From assembly GCA_964632315.1 (NCBI GenBank), contig CAZWEM010000045.1:4893-40453 (forward strand): a stretch of 35,561 nucleotides of DNA, read 5' to 3'. The DNA comes from an uncultured archaeon (GTDB taxonomy: Archaea; Asgardarchaeota; Lokiarchaeia; Sigyniarchaeales; SOKP01). Numbering within the stretch: the first letter of the stretch is position 1; every line of letters starts with the position of its first letter. Below are positions 9,717 through 19,881 of this stretch, piece after piece. The notes beneath the pieces were generated by a model, which worked only from the letters and a program-made list of their open reading frames with translations, was not told the origin of the DNA and did not search any database. Made by a program: the position numbers and the translations under genes.

Positions 9717-11123
9717 ATGAAAGATAATAAAGGATTTTTTAGCATATTTCGTAATAATCTTCTGATAGCATACGCGTTAGGTGGATTTTTGGTTTCATTT
9801 AGTTCGAACATCGCTTATTCAAATTTAACTGATGAAATGTTTAGCTTGGGGTTTGAGATCTATAGTATTATGATTTTTACTCTTGTTTTCTTAATTCTCA
9901 CATTTGGCTTGCTTATATGGGGGCCATTTCTCGGAAGATGGATTGACAAGAGATATTCCCCAAATGGGAGAAGACGGATTTTCTTGCTTGTCACTAGTAT
10001 AGCCATTGGGTTCATTTTGCTTACAATTATCATCCTACCTTTTAAGTTTGGAATTTTAGACCCTTTTCTAAATGCCTTTTTTCTTTTATTAATTTTAGGC
10101 GCAAATAGTACTGGAATATTCATATTTTCTTTAAACTATTCCTCATTGTTTCCAGAGATGTTTCAGAGTTTGCAAGAAAGAGCAGATGCTCGGACATTAG
10201 TGATGATTTTGGCAATTATCGGAAATATTTTAGGAGATCTCGTTCCCTTAAATATAAACTTTCTCCCTTTCATTACTAGTATACTTATATTCATAGGATC
10301 GTATGTCTTACTTCGATATGGGGTTAAAGAACCCTATAATAGAATGCTCATGAATTATAAAATCGAACCGAACGTTGAAAAACAACACTCAATTTTAAAA
10401 AATCCTCTTTTTAAGAGTTTTTTAATTTTAAGCATCCTTTTGATTGTATCAAGTCAGCTTTTGGATGATGGGTTATCATATCATATATCAAATCTTTTAA
10501 TATTCATGCAATTTAATGGTCTATCGTCTGAGATGATAGACTTTTTAGGAATGTTAAGTTTTTATGGGTCTCAGATCACCGGCTTAGTATTCCTAGTGTA
10601 TTGGAGAAAAATAAGTTTCACCCGTGGAATTCAGAGAGGCTTGAAACTTGTTTTAATTATAACCCTGATCTTAATCGTAATTGGTGTAATATCTTTTGAT
10701 ATATATTCTGGAATAATTCTTTCTTTTATTTTAAATGGGTTATTAGTTGGAATATCTTTCTTCTTAATTTTATTTTTAGCAATAATCATTGATAATTATT
10801 TCATAAACATCATGAGACGTAGAGAAGCGAGCCATATTGGAGTTTACAATCTTATAAGAGGAGTCTTTGAATTTCTCACTTTGATGTTTATCACTTATAT
10901 TTACGCATTTGGTGCCTTTTTTGGTTTAATTGGAACAGAAACGGAATTTTTAATCGGATATATCCCAAAGGATATTGCTTTTATTATTGGAGGAATTCTT
11001 ATATTGATCGGTTTCCTTTATCTAAAGAGAATTCCACTTAGCAAGGAAGAGTATAACAAAATAGAGTCTCAAGTAATAGAAATTAATAAATCGCTCACTA
11101 ATGAAGAGAAAATTTCAAAGTAA
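9717..11123 (+). CDS. MFS transporter, glycoside-pentoside-hexuronide (MFS_2/MelB-like) type, divergent
   Basis: About 12 hydrophobic segments; PFLGRWID...NGRRR loop motif, YSSLFPEMF...ER, and IID.......RRE...IG motif typical of GPH carriers. Confidence 0.82.
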   Translation: MKDNKGFFSIFRNNLLIAYALGGFLVSFSSNIAYSNLTDEMFSLGFEIYSIMIFTLVFLILTFGLLIWGPFLGRWIDKRYSPNGRRRIFLLVTSIAIGFILLTIIILPFKFGILDPFLNAFFLLLILGANSTGIFIFSLNYSSLFPEMFQSLQERADARTLVMILAIIGNILGDLVPLNINFLPFITSILIFIGSYVLLRYGVKEPYNRMLMNYKIEPNVEKQHSILKNPLFKSFLILSILLIVSSQLLDDGLSYHISNLLIFMQFNGLSSEMIDFLGMLSFYGSQITGLVFLVYWRKISFTRGIQRGLKLVLIITLILIVIGVISFDIYSGIILSFILNGLLVGISFFLILFLAIIIDNYFINIMRRREASHIGVYNLIRGVFEFLTLMFITYIYAFGAFFGLIGTETEFLIGYIPKDIAFIIGGILILIGFLYLKRIPLSKEEYNKIESQVIEINKSLTNEEKISK

Positions 11124-11192
11124 TATATTTTTTCTTTTTTAAAAAACATATACCTTATGCTAAAAGAGAAGTTTTGAACTTAAACATGTATT

Positions 11193-12095
11193 CTACATGT
11201 TTAAATTGGAGATTATCAGTAAAGCATCGTTTAAAGTCCATATCAAACCTTCCATGAGTCTCACGTATCGTTCGTTTACATAAACCTTACCAATATACTC
11301 TTTTGTTTTTAAAATTTCTTCGATCTCATCCGCATTTTTAACTACAGTTTTTTGAATCTTGATTCCAAGTGAATCAAGAAAGAATTCATCAGATTCTGAC
11401 TCATTTTGAGAGACGATTGAATTTAACCAATAAGAATTTTGACTCATATCAATATTACTAGATAAAAGCACATTTTTCCTTAATTCTAAAAAGTAATAAT
11501 TCGCTGTATTGTAATCCATCTCCGCTGAATAAAACAACGTAATGAGTAATGTAATGTCACCAATTATTAAAGTCGTGGATATTATCTTCTGATTATTACT
11601 AAAGATTAGAAAAACTTGATTAATTGTTTTTGAAAAATATTTTTGAAGCTCAATTTTTTTAATCATGGTAAAAGAAATTTCCCCGGGAAGGGATGAAAAA
11701 ATTAAATTACCCGAATTGGTCAAAACAAGACCCCCGAATATTCCTTTAATGTTAATGTTTTCTCTTATTAATTCGATGATTTTTTTAATTATGACCGAAA
11801 AGGTGTAGGTAATCAAGAGGTCTTCCTCAGTTCCAGATCCATCAGAATATATTTCCAAATTGGAAATATCAAAATCTACTCTCTGATAACCTCTAACTAC
11901 AAAATGTTTATCAATAAAAACTTGAAAGCTATGTTCACAGACATAATTCATTGGAATTGATATTGTAGTTACACTACGACTTTCATTAATTATACTCTCG
12001 GGGATTTGAATATACTTACTCTTGCTGCAATGTGGACAGACAACATGTATCTTAGCCAAATTATCATGATCATTGTTAATGTTATCGATAGTCAT
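11193..12095 (-). CDS. Hypothetical protein: N-terminal CPxC...CxH zinc-ribbon-like domain plus a putative roadblock/longin-like domain
   Basis: CPHC...TISIP..YVCEHSFQVFIDKHFVVRGYQRVDF resembles a domain I associate with Lokiarchaeia proteins; GIFGGLVLTNSGNLIFSSLP resembles the roadblock beta-hairpin. Confidence 0.6.
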   Translation of the reverse strand: MTIDNINNDHDNLAKIHVVCPHCSKSKYIQIPESIINESRSVTTISIPMNYVCEHSFQVFIDKHFVVRGYQRVDFDISNLEIYSDGSGTEEDLLITYTFSVIIKKIIELIRENINIKGIFGGLVLTNSGNLIFSSLPGEISFTMIKKIELQKYFSKTINQVFLIFSNNQKIISTTLIIGDITLLITLFYSAEMDYNTANYYFLELRKNVLLSSNIDMSQNSYWLNSIVSQNESESDEFFLDSLGIKIQKTVVKNADEIEEILKTKEYIGKVYVNERYVRLMEGLIWTLNDALLIISNLNM

Positions 12096-12326
12096 ATTTA
12101 GATGCCCTTATATGAGAAAACTTTCAATATTTCTTATGAAAGTTCTATTTTTTATACTTTTTTATTTTTAAAGAATTAATTCTTAAAAATATATATATGA
12201 TAATAAGATTGGGTAATAAAATTAGATTTATCCTAATCTAAAACAACTCGGCTCAATTAAATATAGAAGCTTAAAAAAGATAAATTTATTTTATGTATAC
12301 TAATAATCGGAGAGTTTTAGAGATCA

Positions 12327-13199
12327 ATGAATAGACTTAACCAAACCATTACACTTAGAGATAGAAGAATTCTTGGTTTTGCAGAAAAAGGTCCATTATC
12401 GGGGAAACCTGTTTTTCATTTTAATGGATTCCCTGGATCAAGACTGGAAATAACCCTGATAGAGGAGAATATTCTAAATAAATTAAATGTTCGATTAATT
12501 GGTGTAGATCGACCTGGTATGGGTTTATCTGATTTTAAAAAAGATCGAACATTATTAGATTGGCCTGATGATATCTTAGAACTTGCTAATTATTTGAATC
12601 TAAAAAGATTCGCAGTTGAGGGTGTATCAGGAGGAGCCCCCTATTCACTAGCATGTGCATTTAAGATTCCAGACCATCTCACTTCATGCGCGGTAATTGG
12701 CGGAATAGGACCAATTGATTTTAAAAAAGTAGTTGGAAGCTCATTGTTATATTTCATTATTAAGCGAATTTATTTTTTATTTAGAATTTCAATGCATTTT
12801 CAAGGAAAAACTGCAAGAAATGTCAAAAAGATGGAGTTAAAATGGAAAAAAAGCTTTAATGATTTGCCTCCAGCAGATCAGAAAATATTGAATGATCCAA
12901 CAAATTTATCCAAATTTTTAAAGGAAGGTGCAGAAGCGTTTAAACAAGGGAGTAAGGGGGTATCTTATGAAGGGAGATTGTACACATATCCATGGCAGTT
13001 TAAACTTGAAGATATTAAATCGTTCTTGAAGGTTTTCATATTTCACGGAGAATTAGATCAAATTGTTCCATTATCAATCGCGAAAACTGTATCACAATTA
13101 ATACCAAATAGCATTAGTAAAATTTACCCTGAAGAAGGTCATTATTCTGTTCCTATCAATCATATCGAAGATATTTTAAATTTACTATTAAATACATGA
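12327..13199 (+). CDS. Alpha/beta-fold hydrolase
   Basis: FNGFPGSR, DRPGMGLS, nucleophile elbow GVSGG, HGELDQIVP (Asp), EGHYS (His). Confidence 0.92.
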   Translation: MNRLNQTITLRDRRILGFAEKGPLSGKPVFHFNGFPGSRLEITLIEENILNKLNVRLIGVDRPGMGLSDFKKDRTLLDWPDDILELANYLNLKRFAVEGVSGGAPYSLACAFKIPDHLTSCAVIGGIGPIDFKKVVGSSLLYFIIKRIYFLFRISMHFQGKTARNVKKMELKWKKSFNDLPPADQKILNDPTNLSKFLKEGAEAFKQGSKGVSYEGRLYTYPWQFKLEDIKSFLKVFIFHGELDQIVPLSIAKTVSQLIPNSISKIYPEEGHYSVPINHIEDILNLLLNT

Positions 13200-13990
13200 T
13201 TGAGGTTTGTTTTATGAGGATAATTGATGCTCATGTTCACTTATTTGATATCAAAGGATATCTTGAAAAATTAATAGCAGTTATGGACAATATAGGAATT
13301 GAAAAGTGTTGTTTAAGTGGATTAGGTGAATTATTCAATTGTGTTGCTAATACTGGTATTAAAATGGCTATTGAAAAATATCCAGATAGACTTATTGGTG
13401 CTTATTATATTCGTCCTGGCGTTGACTCGAAGTTAGATGTAATAAAAGCTTATGACCAAGGGTTCAAAATGATCAAAGTTACTTTACCAAAAAAACCATA
13501 TGACCATCTTGATTTTTTCCCTCTTTGGCAACAAGCAGAAGAATTAGAATTACCTATTTTATTTCATACTGGAGTTGTGACTCTAATGAAGAAGGCACCA
13601 AATGAACGAATCTCTTCTTGGTTTATGCATCCAATGCGAATAGAGCCGATTGCTAATGCATTTCCTGATCTAAAAATGATTCTTGCCCATTTAGGAGTTC
13701 ATTGGAATGCTGATGCAGCTGAACTAATACGGATGAAGAAAAACGTATATGCAGATTTATCGGGTTCTCCAACGGGATGGAGAATTAGAGCAGACCGAAT
13801 CGGAATGAATCATTGGTTATGGTGGCAGGGAGCATTTAAAAAAATTATTTTTGGATCTGATGCCTTTATTACAGACATTCAAAAAATCGTTGAAGAAGAT
13901 AAAAAAAGATTAAATGATTTAAATATCGATTTAAACACTCAAAAGTGGATTTTTTATAAGAATATCCTAAAGATAATTGGTGAAAAATGA
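13196..13990 (+). CDS. Amidohydrolase_2 family TIM-barrel metallohydrolase
   Basis: IIDAHVH, PILFHTG, ILAHLG, NVYADLS, IFGSD; ATGA overlaps with both neighbours; alternative start ATG 13214. Confidence 0.88.
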   Translation: MIEVCFMRIIDAHVHLFDIKGYLEKLIAVMDNIGIEKCCLSGLGELFNCVANTGIKMAIEKYPDRLIGAYYIRPGVDSKLDVIKAYDQGFKMIKVTLPKKPYDHLDFFPLWQQAEELELPILFHTGVVTLMKKAPNERISSWFMHPMRIEPIANAFPDLKMILAHLGVHWNADAAELIRMKKNVYADLSGSPTGWRIRADRIGMNHWLWWQGAFKKIIFGSDAFITDIQKIVEEDKKRLNDLNIDLNTQKWIFYKNILKIIGEK

Positions 13991-14826
13991 TAGATAGGAA
14001 AGTAGAATTACGAGAACTTTTAAAACTATCTCCAAAAGAAGTTACAAAACGAGCGGGAGATCATTTAATTGTTTGTGAAAATATTGAGGAATTACATCAA
14101 CAATTTGCGAATGATATATTTAATGAGATTAGAAAAAATAATAAAAATAATAAACCTACAAAGCTAATCCTTCCAATTGGGCCAACGGGACAGTATCCGA
14201 TTTTAGTGGATCAAATCATCACGCATGATCTAGATCTTTCTAATTGCTGGTTTTTTTTTATGGATGAATATTCAGATGAAGATGGATATGCATTATCTTT
14301 AAATCACCCTTTAAGTTTTAAACGAATTGCTAAAAAATTGTTTCTCATTCCTTTACGCGAAAAATTTGGATTGGAAAGTTCACGGGTGATATTCCCAGAT
14401 GAATCTAATATTGATACTCTAGGAGATCTTATTCAAGGAATAAATGCATGTTATGGGGGAATCGGGATTCATGGTCATGTTGCTTTTAACGAACCTTCGA
14501 TGGATGTTGCTATATCTAATCCTCGCAAAGTACAATTAAATAAATATACAATAACGATCAATGCAATTAGATCCCAAGTTGGAGGTAATTTAGAAGCATT
14601 TCCGAATTATGCCTTTACAATAGGAATGAAACAAATTCTTTCAGCAAATCGAATTAGATTATATTGTCGAAATGGAAGTTCTTATGACTGGGCTAATTCA
14701 GTACTTCGAATTGCCTTATTTGGTGAAGCGGGTGATGATTATCCAGTCACATATATTCGAAATCATCAAAATTATATAATTATAACTGATAAAGACACAT
14801 TACAAACCCCTAAAAATCTAATTTAA
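13987..14826 (+). CDS. Glucosamine-6-phosphate deaminase/isomerase family (NagB-like)
   Basis: LPIGPT, FFMDEY, HPLSF, GGIGIHGHVAFNEP, AFTIGMKQIL, YPVT. Confidence 0.85.
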   Translation: MIDRKVELRELLKLSPKEVTKRAGDHLIVCENIEELHQQFANDIFNEIRKNNKNNKPTKLILPIGPTGQYPILVDQIITHDLDLSNCWFFFMDEYSDEDGYALSLNHPLSFKRIAKKLFLIPLREKFGLESSRVIFPDESNIDTLGDLIQGINACYGGIGIHGHVAFNEPSMDVAISNPRKVQLNKYTITINAIRSQVGGNLEAFPNYAFTIGMKQILSANRIRLYCRNGSSYDWANSVLRIALFGEAGDDYPVTYIRNHQNYIIITDKDTLQTPKNLI

Positions 14827-14864
14827 GGATAAAAAAAGAAATAGTAAATTAACTGAGAGAGATT

Positions 14865-16169
14865 CTATTTGAGATTAATTACATCCTTATTTAATTCCAG
14901 CATTTCATCGAACATATCTTCTGCCTTAGTAGCATTTTCTATAGTAGGATCAAGTAATAACGCTTGGAACGCAATTTCCTTGGATTCTTTTATTACGGCT
15001 TCTACAACAAGATCTTGGACAGAAGCTTGATTACGTAATAAAGCAGCAAGACCCTTTGGATATTCTCCAATTTTTATGGCTTGTAAACCATCTTTATTAA
15101 CTATCGCTGGAACCTCCACCACAAGGTCTTGGGGAATATTCGTAATAACTCCTTCATTAGGTAGGTTGACTGATTCTTCTTTATGATTGGAATTTTTTAA
15201 GATTCCTTCTATTATTGGAACAGCTCGTTCAGGATCGGGTTTAATTAGACGATAACCTTTACCTTTTTCTACTAACTTTTGAATTTTACCACCAGTATAT
15301 AATGTAGCAGTTTTATACCCATTATAAAAATCTCTAGCTCCTTGGACGTCTCCTTTATCCCAGGCCCAGGCTATATACTCTCCATAATGTGAGTCCGTTG
15401 TATAGGGGATATAACCAAATTTTTCTAAGATATAGCGATTTAAGTCTACATCAGTCATAAATCCTGTAAGATTTTTCAAGTATTCTGGTGCTCTTTTCCG
15501 TAACTCGGGATAAGCATCTTTTCCAGTATCTTTATATTTACACGATAGAAGAACTCCAAAATGATTCAAACCTGCAGCTATCATATCAAGGTTATCCAAA
15601 AGGGTGTTGAGAATTCGAGTATAATGAATTTTAAAATGATGGAATTCATGACATAACCCAACAAATTTAAGAGATGGAAATTTACGTTTGATTGCTAAGC
15701 AAACTCTACTCATGGGATTTGAATAATTAATAAAAAGAGCATTAGGGCAGATTTTTTTAACATCTTCACATATATCTAAGATTGGAGGAATAACCCGTAG
15801 AGAATGAAATAAACCTCCTGGACCGCCATTCTCTCCCATTATCTGCTTATTTCCATATTTATGGGGTACACTATAGTCCAATTCAAACCATTCAAATCTT
15901 GGGGGAACTTCAATCGAATTTACGATAAATGTTGCCCCCTTTAAAGCATCCTTTCGATCGGTGGTAGCTTCTACGGAATAATCTAGCTTATCTTTTTCTA
16001 TGACCTCACTACAAGCTTCTTGTGCTAACTTTAAGTTGGTTGGATTAATATCATGTAAGCTTATTTCAGATCCTTTTAAAATATTGCTATTAAAAATACT
16101 TCCAACAGTTCCAAGTCCAAATTGTAAAGATCCAGCTCCAATAATTACTATTTTTTGCTTTTTCGTCAT
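14865..16169 (-). CDS. Glycoside hydrolase family 4 (NAD+/Mn2+-dependent), alpha-galactosidase/alpha-glucosidase-like
   Basis: KIVIIGAGS, GENGGPGG, INYSNP, GLCHE, AGLNHF, VEVPA, QALLLDP. Confidence 0.9.
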   Translation of the reverse strand: MTKKQKIVIIGAGSLQFGLGTVGSIFNSNILKGSEISLHDINPTNLKLAQEACSEVIEKDKLDYSVEATTDRKDALKGATFIVNSIEVPPRFEWFELDYSVPHKYGNKQIMGENGGPGGLFHSLRVIPPILDICEDVKKICPNALFINYSNPMSRVCLAIKRKFPSLKFVGLCHEFHHFKIHYTRILNTLLDNLDMIAAGLNHFGVLLSCKYKDTGKDAYPELRKRAPEYLKNLTGFMTDVDLNRYILEKFGYIPYTTDSHYGEYIAWAWDKGDVQGARDFYNGYKTATLYTGGKIQKLVEKGKGYRLIKPDPERAVPIIEGILKNSNHKEESVNLPNEGVITNIPQDLVVEVPAIVNKDGLQAIKIGEYPKGLAALLRNQASVQDLVVEAVIKESKEIAFQALLLDPTIENATKAEDMFDEMLELNKDVINLK

Positions 16170-16241
16170 AATTATGTAAAGTGAATTATTTTTTCATTTA
16201 AAAAAGGTATAATTAGTGGAGAAAAAGAAAGTGTAAAAGGT

Positions 16242-18842
16242 TTATGTATTTTTAATCAAATCATATAAGGAAGAAATTTTAATATAATTCTTTAAGTCAA
16301 GGTTAGATTGAGAACTATTAATGGATTTGATGTTAGCAAGAAAAATGCAACGTTCTTCCATTGGTTCCATCGAAAAATAATTGTCGGAAGCAACGAAATC
16401 GAAAACCTCTGAATCAACATGTACATATAACGCTAAATTCTCACATGTAATTTTTATTCCATATTTTAAATTTGTTTCATTTTCTATTTTCTCTAAATGC
16501 CATGAAATTTTTGGATCAGGCAATTCAAATCTTTTTGGGGCATCAAAAAGTCTGAATCCCTTTAATAAATCATCTCCCTGAATTCCGTAAAAAATTATGC
16601 TTTGTTTAATTTTTTCAAAATCTATATTGTATTCCGAGAATCTAACCGTTTCTAAGAGTTTGGATGAGCAAGGAGGTATTTCTACATCGTATAACTTATT
16701 AATCAAAATCTCTCCATCATTTTTTATTAATTTCCAATATAATTTAGAAGGCTTTGAAATAGGATAATCATTGGATATCCAAAATTCTACAGTATCACCA
16801 TATTCTTTAACACTTGGTAATAGAGGAGAATAGAATCTTTTGGCTAGATAATGAAGCGCTTTCCATCTACCATAATAGTCAAAGGAAGACCAACTCGCAA
16901 CAGGCCAACAATCATTCAATTGCCAATATATGGAACCCATGCAATGAAAATCATTACGATTTTGTCTCCAAAATTCTACACCATACTGAATTGCTTCAGC
17001 TTGAGTGATTTGGGACAAAATGACTTGCTTTTCAAACTCTTGGGGAATTATAAATCGCTTCCTCATGTATCTTAAAATCTTCTTGTTTCCTCCTTCGTTT
17101 TTTTGATGATTCGTCATAATAGGGGAATCAAGATATAACTCATCTTTAGGACAAAATCTTGTTATCGTTTTTATCGAGGGAAAACTTTCAAATCCAAATT
17201 CCGACATAAATCGAGAAGGAAACTTTCTGTAAGATTTGAAAGAAGCTCCTCCATGCCATACCTTCCAAAAATGAGAATCCCCTCTTTCTGAATTATTAGG
17301 GTTAGCTGAGAGTACCTTTGATCCGTCATATTTATCCAAGGCAGAACTGGGCCAATAAGGATGTCTTGGATCATAGTTTTTGATTATATTTGGTATCATT
17401 TCTTTAAAGAGATCTAAGTATCCTTTTTCATATTTCTGAATTAAAATGGGATCCTTCAACTCCGCAGAATCAAGAAGCCATTTCCATAATTGCTCGATTT
17501 CATTATTACCACACCATAGTGCTAAACTTGGGTGGTTTCTTAATCTTTTGATGTTTTCAATTGCTTCATTTCTAACATTTTCGACAAATTTTTCGTGAAT
17601 GGGATAAATCGCACATGCGAAAGGAAAATCTTGCCACACTAAAATTCCACGCTCATCGCAGAGTTTATAAAAAAGATCATCTTCATATATTCCCCCGCCC
17701 CAAACCCGAATCATGTTCATGTTCGCAGCAATACAATTATTGATATTATTTTCATAAAGTCCTAATTTCTTACCACGTGGTATGAAACTATCAATTGGAA
17801 CCCAGTTTGCTCCTTTAGTAAACAGGGGGATTCCATTTATTCTGAAATAAAAAGTTTCTCCCCATTTATCAGGTTCACGGATTAATTGTATATCCCTTAT
17901 ACCGAACTTCTCTTTTATGAAATCAATCCTTTCATTATTATAATAGAGTGATATATCTATTTCATAGAGATTTGGTCTTCCTAAATCGTGTGTCCACCAA
18001 ATGTAAGGATATTCAATCTCGTATCTAATTATTAACTCAGAGTTCGTCAGATCACAAACTCCAATATGTGAAATATCATCTGGTCCTGTGATGGTGCATT
18101 TTAACGTAAACTCATCCATCTCTTCTGTTTCGAGTATTTCAGATAATTTGATAATTATCTTGAGGTTTACTTTTTCGATATTTAACCCATCATATTCGTT
18201 AGATGCAGAGAGAGTTGTTATATCTTTGTTATAAACAAAATCCATATCTATATAGTACGACTCAATTTCCATGCCATCAAATGCTTTGAGTTCCACTTCT
18301 TTCCATATTCCAATATCTGGTAATTCAGGACCCCAATCCCAACCAAAAGAATATTGAGCTTTCCGAAGATAGGGCAATCCTGGCATGCTATGCGTGGTTT
18401 TAAGTTTAATCTTATATTCATCAACAAGCTTTGCTGCTTCTTGAATAGGACTTTTGAATTCTACTTTTAAAAGATTATTTTGCGTATTTAAAATGTCATT
18501 GATTTTAAATCTATAGGAACGAAACATGTTATTTACCCTACCTAGATGAATTCCATTGAGTTTTATCTCTGCTATCGTATCTAGACCTTTGAAACTCAAT
18601 AATATGTGCTTATAGGATAAAATTTCATTACTGACGTCAAAATACGTTTCATATGTCCAGTCTTCGTATGCTATCTTGTTAATTTCGTGCTCGTTATTGC
18701 CATAAAAGGGATCTTTAATGATTTTTTCATCTATTAAAGTTTCAAAAAGCGTTCCCGGAACTTCTGCTGGTATTTTTAGATGCCTCTCTTGATTAATCAG
18801 CATCCATTTTCCATTAAGAGATTGAATTTTTTTAGATTTCAA
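16242..18842 (-). CDS. Glycoside hydrolase family 2 beta-mannosidase-like
   Basis: RKAQYSFGWDWGP, KGANWVP, NMIRVWGGGIYE, WQDFPFAC, WCGNNE (acid/base), RFMSEFG (nucleophile), YWQLNDCWP; no signal peptide; TTG start. Confidence 0.92.
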   Translation of the reverse strand: MKSKKIQSLNGKWMLINQERHLKIPAEVPGTLFETLIDEKIIKDPFYGNNEHEINKIAYEDWTYETYFDVSNEILSYKHILLSFKGLDTIAEIKLNGIHLGRVNNMFRSYRFKINDILNTQNNLLKVEFKSPIQEAAKLVDEYKIKLKTTHSMPGLPYLRKAQYSFGWDWGPELPDIGIWKEVELKAFDGMEIESYYIDMDFVYNKDITTLSASNEYDGLNIEKVNLKIIIKLSEILETEEMDEFTLKCTITGPDDISHIGVCDLTNSELIIRYEIEYPYIWWTHDLGRPNLYEIDISLYYNNERIDFIKEKFGIRDIQLIREPDKWGETFYFRINGIPLFTKGANWVPIDSFIPRGKKLGLYENNINNCIAANMNMIRVWGGGIYEDDLFYKLCDERGILVWQDFPFACAIYPIHEKFVENVRNEAIENIKRLRNHPSLALWCGNNEIEQLWKWLLDSAELKDPILIQKYEKGYLDLFKEMIPNIIKNYDPRHPYWPSSALDKYDGSKVLSANPNNSERGDSHFWKVWHGGASFKSYRKFPSRFMSEFGFESFPSIKTITRFCPKDELYLDSPIMTNHQKNEGGNKKILRYMRKRFIIPQEFEKQVILSQITQAEAIQYGVEFWRQNRNDFHCMGSIYWQLNDCWPVASWSSFDYYGRWKALHYLAKRFYSPLLPSVKEYGDTVEFWISNDYPISKPSKLYWKLIKNDGEILINKLYDVEIPPCSSKLLETVRFSEYNIDFEKIKQSIIFYGIQGDDLLKGFRLFDAPKRFELPDPKISWHLEKIENETNLKYGIKITCENLALYVHVDSEVFDFVASDNYFSMEPMEERCIFLANIKSINSSQSNLDLKNYIKISSLYDLIKNT

Positions 18843-18952
18843 CTTCCTTCTTTTCTAACTTCAATTCGAATATGTATTATAATTAAAGAATTAAATATTA
18901 AGCTATCAATTTAACCAAAAAGGTTAAATTGAAATGAGATTTAAATACCATT

Positions 18953-19762
18953 CTATTCGACTACATATTTAAAATTTCCATCATCAAGAATCCAAGAATC
19001 TAAAAATTGATCTCTTTTTTTTGAACCCCAAGTATCGTCGATATTAATGATTCCTTCAATTAATGTTTTTAATAATTCTTTCCCGACTGCATAATCTTCA
19101 TGCGCGGGATATAATTCGACTTTCTTTTTAGTTTTACAAATTTCGAGCATTTTTTGCAAACTTTCAAGAATAATTGGAAATTCACTTGGTTTAGGAAGAT
19201 ACATTGCACCATAATGTGCAGTATCTCCAGTAAAAAGTTCATTATTATTAGTGAGAATTGAAATTGAACCCATAGAATGGCCAGGAGTATGAACAACTTC
19301 AATAGTGATATCCCCCAAGTCGAATTCATCACCCTCCTTTAAGGAATGTATCACTTTTGCAGGCTGGTATTTAAAATCCTTTTTTTCTAAACGGGTTACT
19401 ACTTGTTTAGGAGAAGATTTCAAAAATAAAACGTCACAAACTGTTGAAACATCTTTATATTCCTTCTCATGTACCCATATTTCCCCAAACTCCTCATTTC
19501 CTCCACGATGGTCGAAGTGGGAATGAGTATTAATCACCATCAGCTCTTTATTTTTTATTAACCTGTTTATAATTGACTTAAGGGGATATAAACCGCATCC
19601 TGTATCAATTAAAAGTGCTTTAGTGGTACCAATTAAGAGATATATGTTGATATACGTAGTATAATATCGTGGATCAATATTATCAAGATTTTCTCGAATT
19701 ATAAACAAATAATCCTTATGTTGAATGATTTCAAACCATTCATCCAGTTTGCTCATAAACAA
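18953..19762 (-). CDS. MBL-fold metallo-hydrolase
   Basis: LIDTG, THSHFDH, TPGHS, FTGD, PAH; ATG at 19756 is the likelier start. Confidence 0.9.
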   Translation of the reverse strand: MFMSKLDEWFEIIQHKDYLFIIRENLDNIDPRYYTTYINIYLLIGTTKALLIDTGCGLYPLKSIINRLIKNKELMVINTHSHFDHRGGNEEFGEIWVHEKEYKDVSTVCDVLFLKSSPKQVVTRLEKKDFKYQPAKVIHSLKEGDEFDLGDITIEVVHTPGHSMGSISILTNNNELFTGDTAHYGAMYLPKPSEFPIILESLQKMLEICKTKKKVELYPAHEDYAVGKELLKTLIEGIINIDDTWGSKKRDQFLDSWILDDGNFKYVVE

Positions 19763-19881
19763 AATAATTAGATGTGTAATTTAAAATTTAGTATCTAGCA
19801 ATTTCAAATTTTAATTAAATATTAAATTTTCAGCTTAATTATAAAAAATATTTCTAAATTATTTGTGTCTGATGAGATTTT

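Noticed and set aside
18953-19762. Beta-lactamase resistance gene
   Set aside because: The HxHxDH fold is shared by many hydrolases; no signal peptide or class B-specific evidence.
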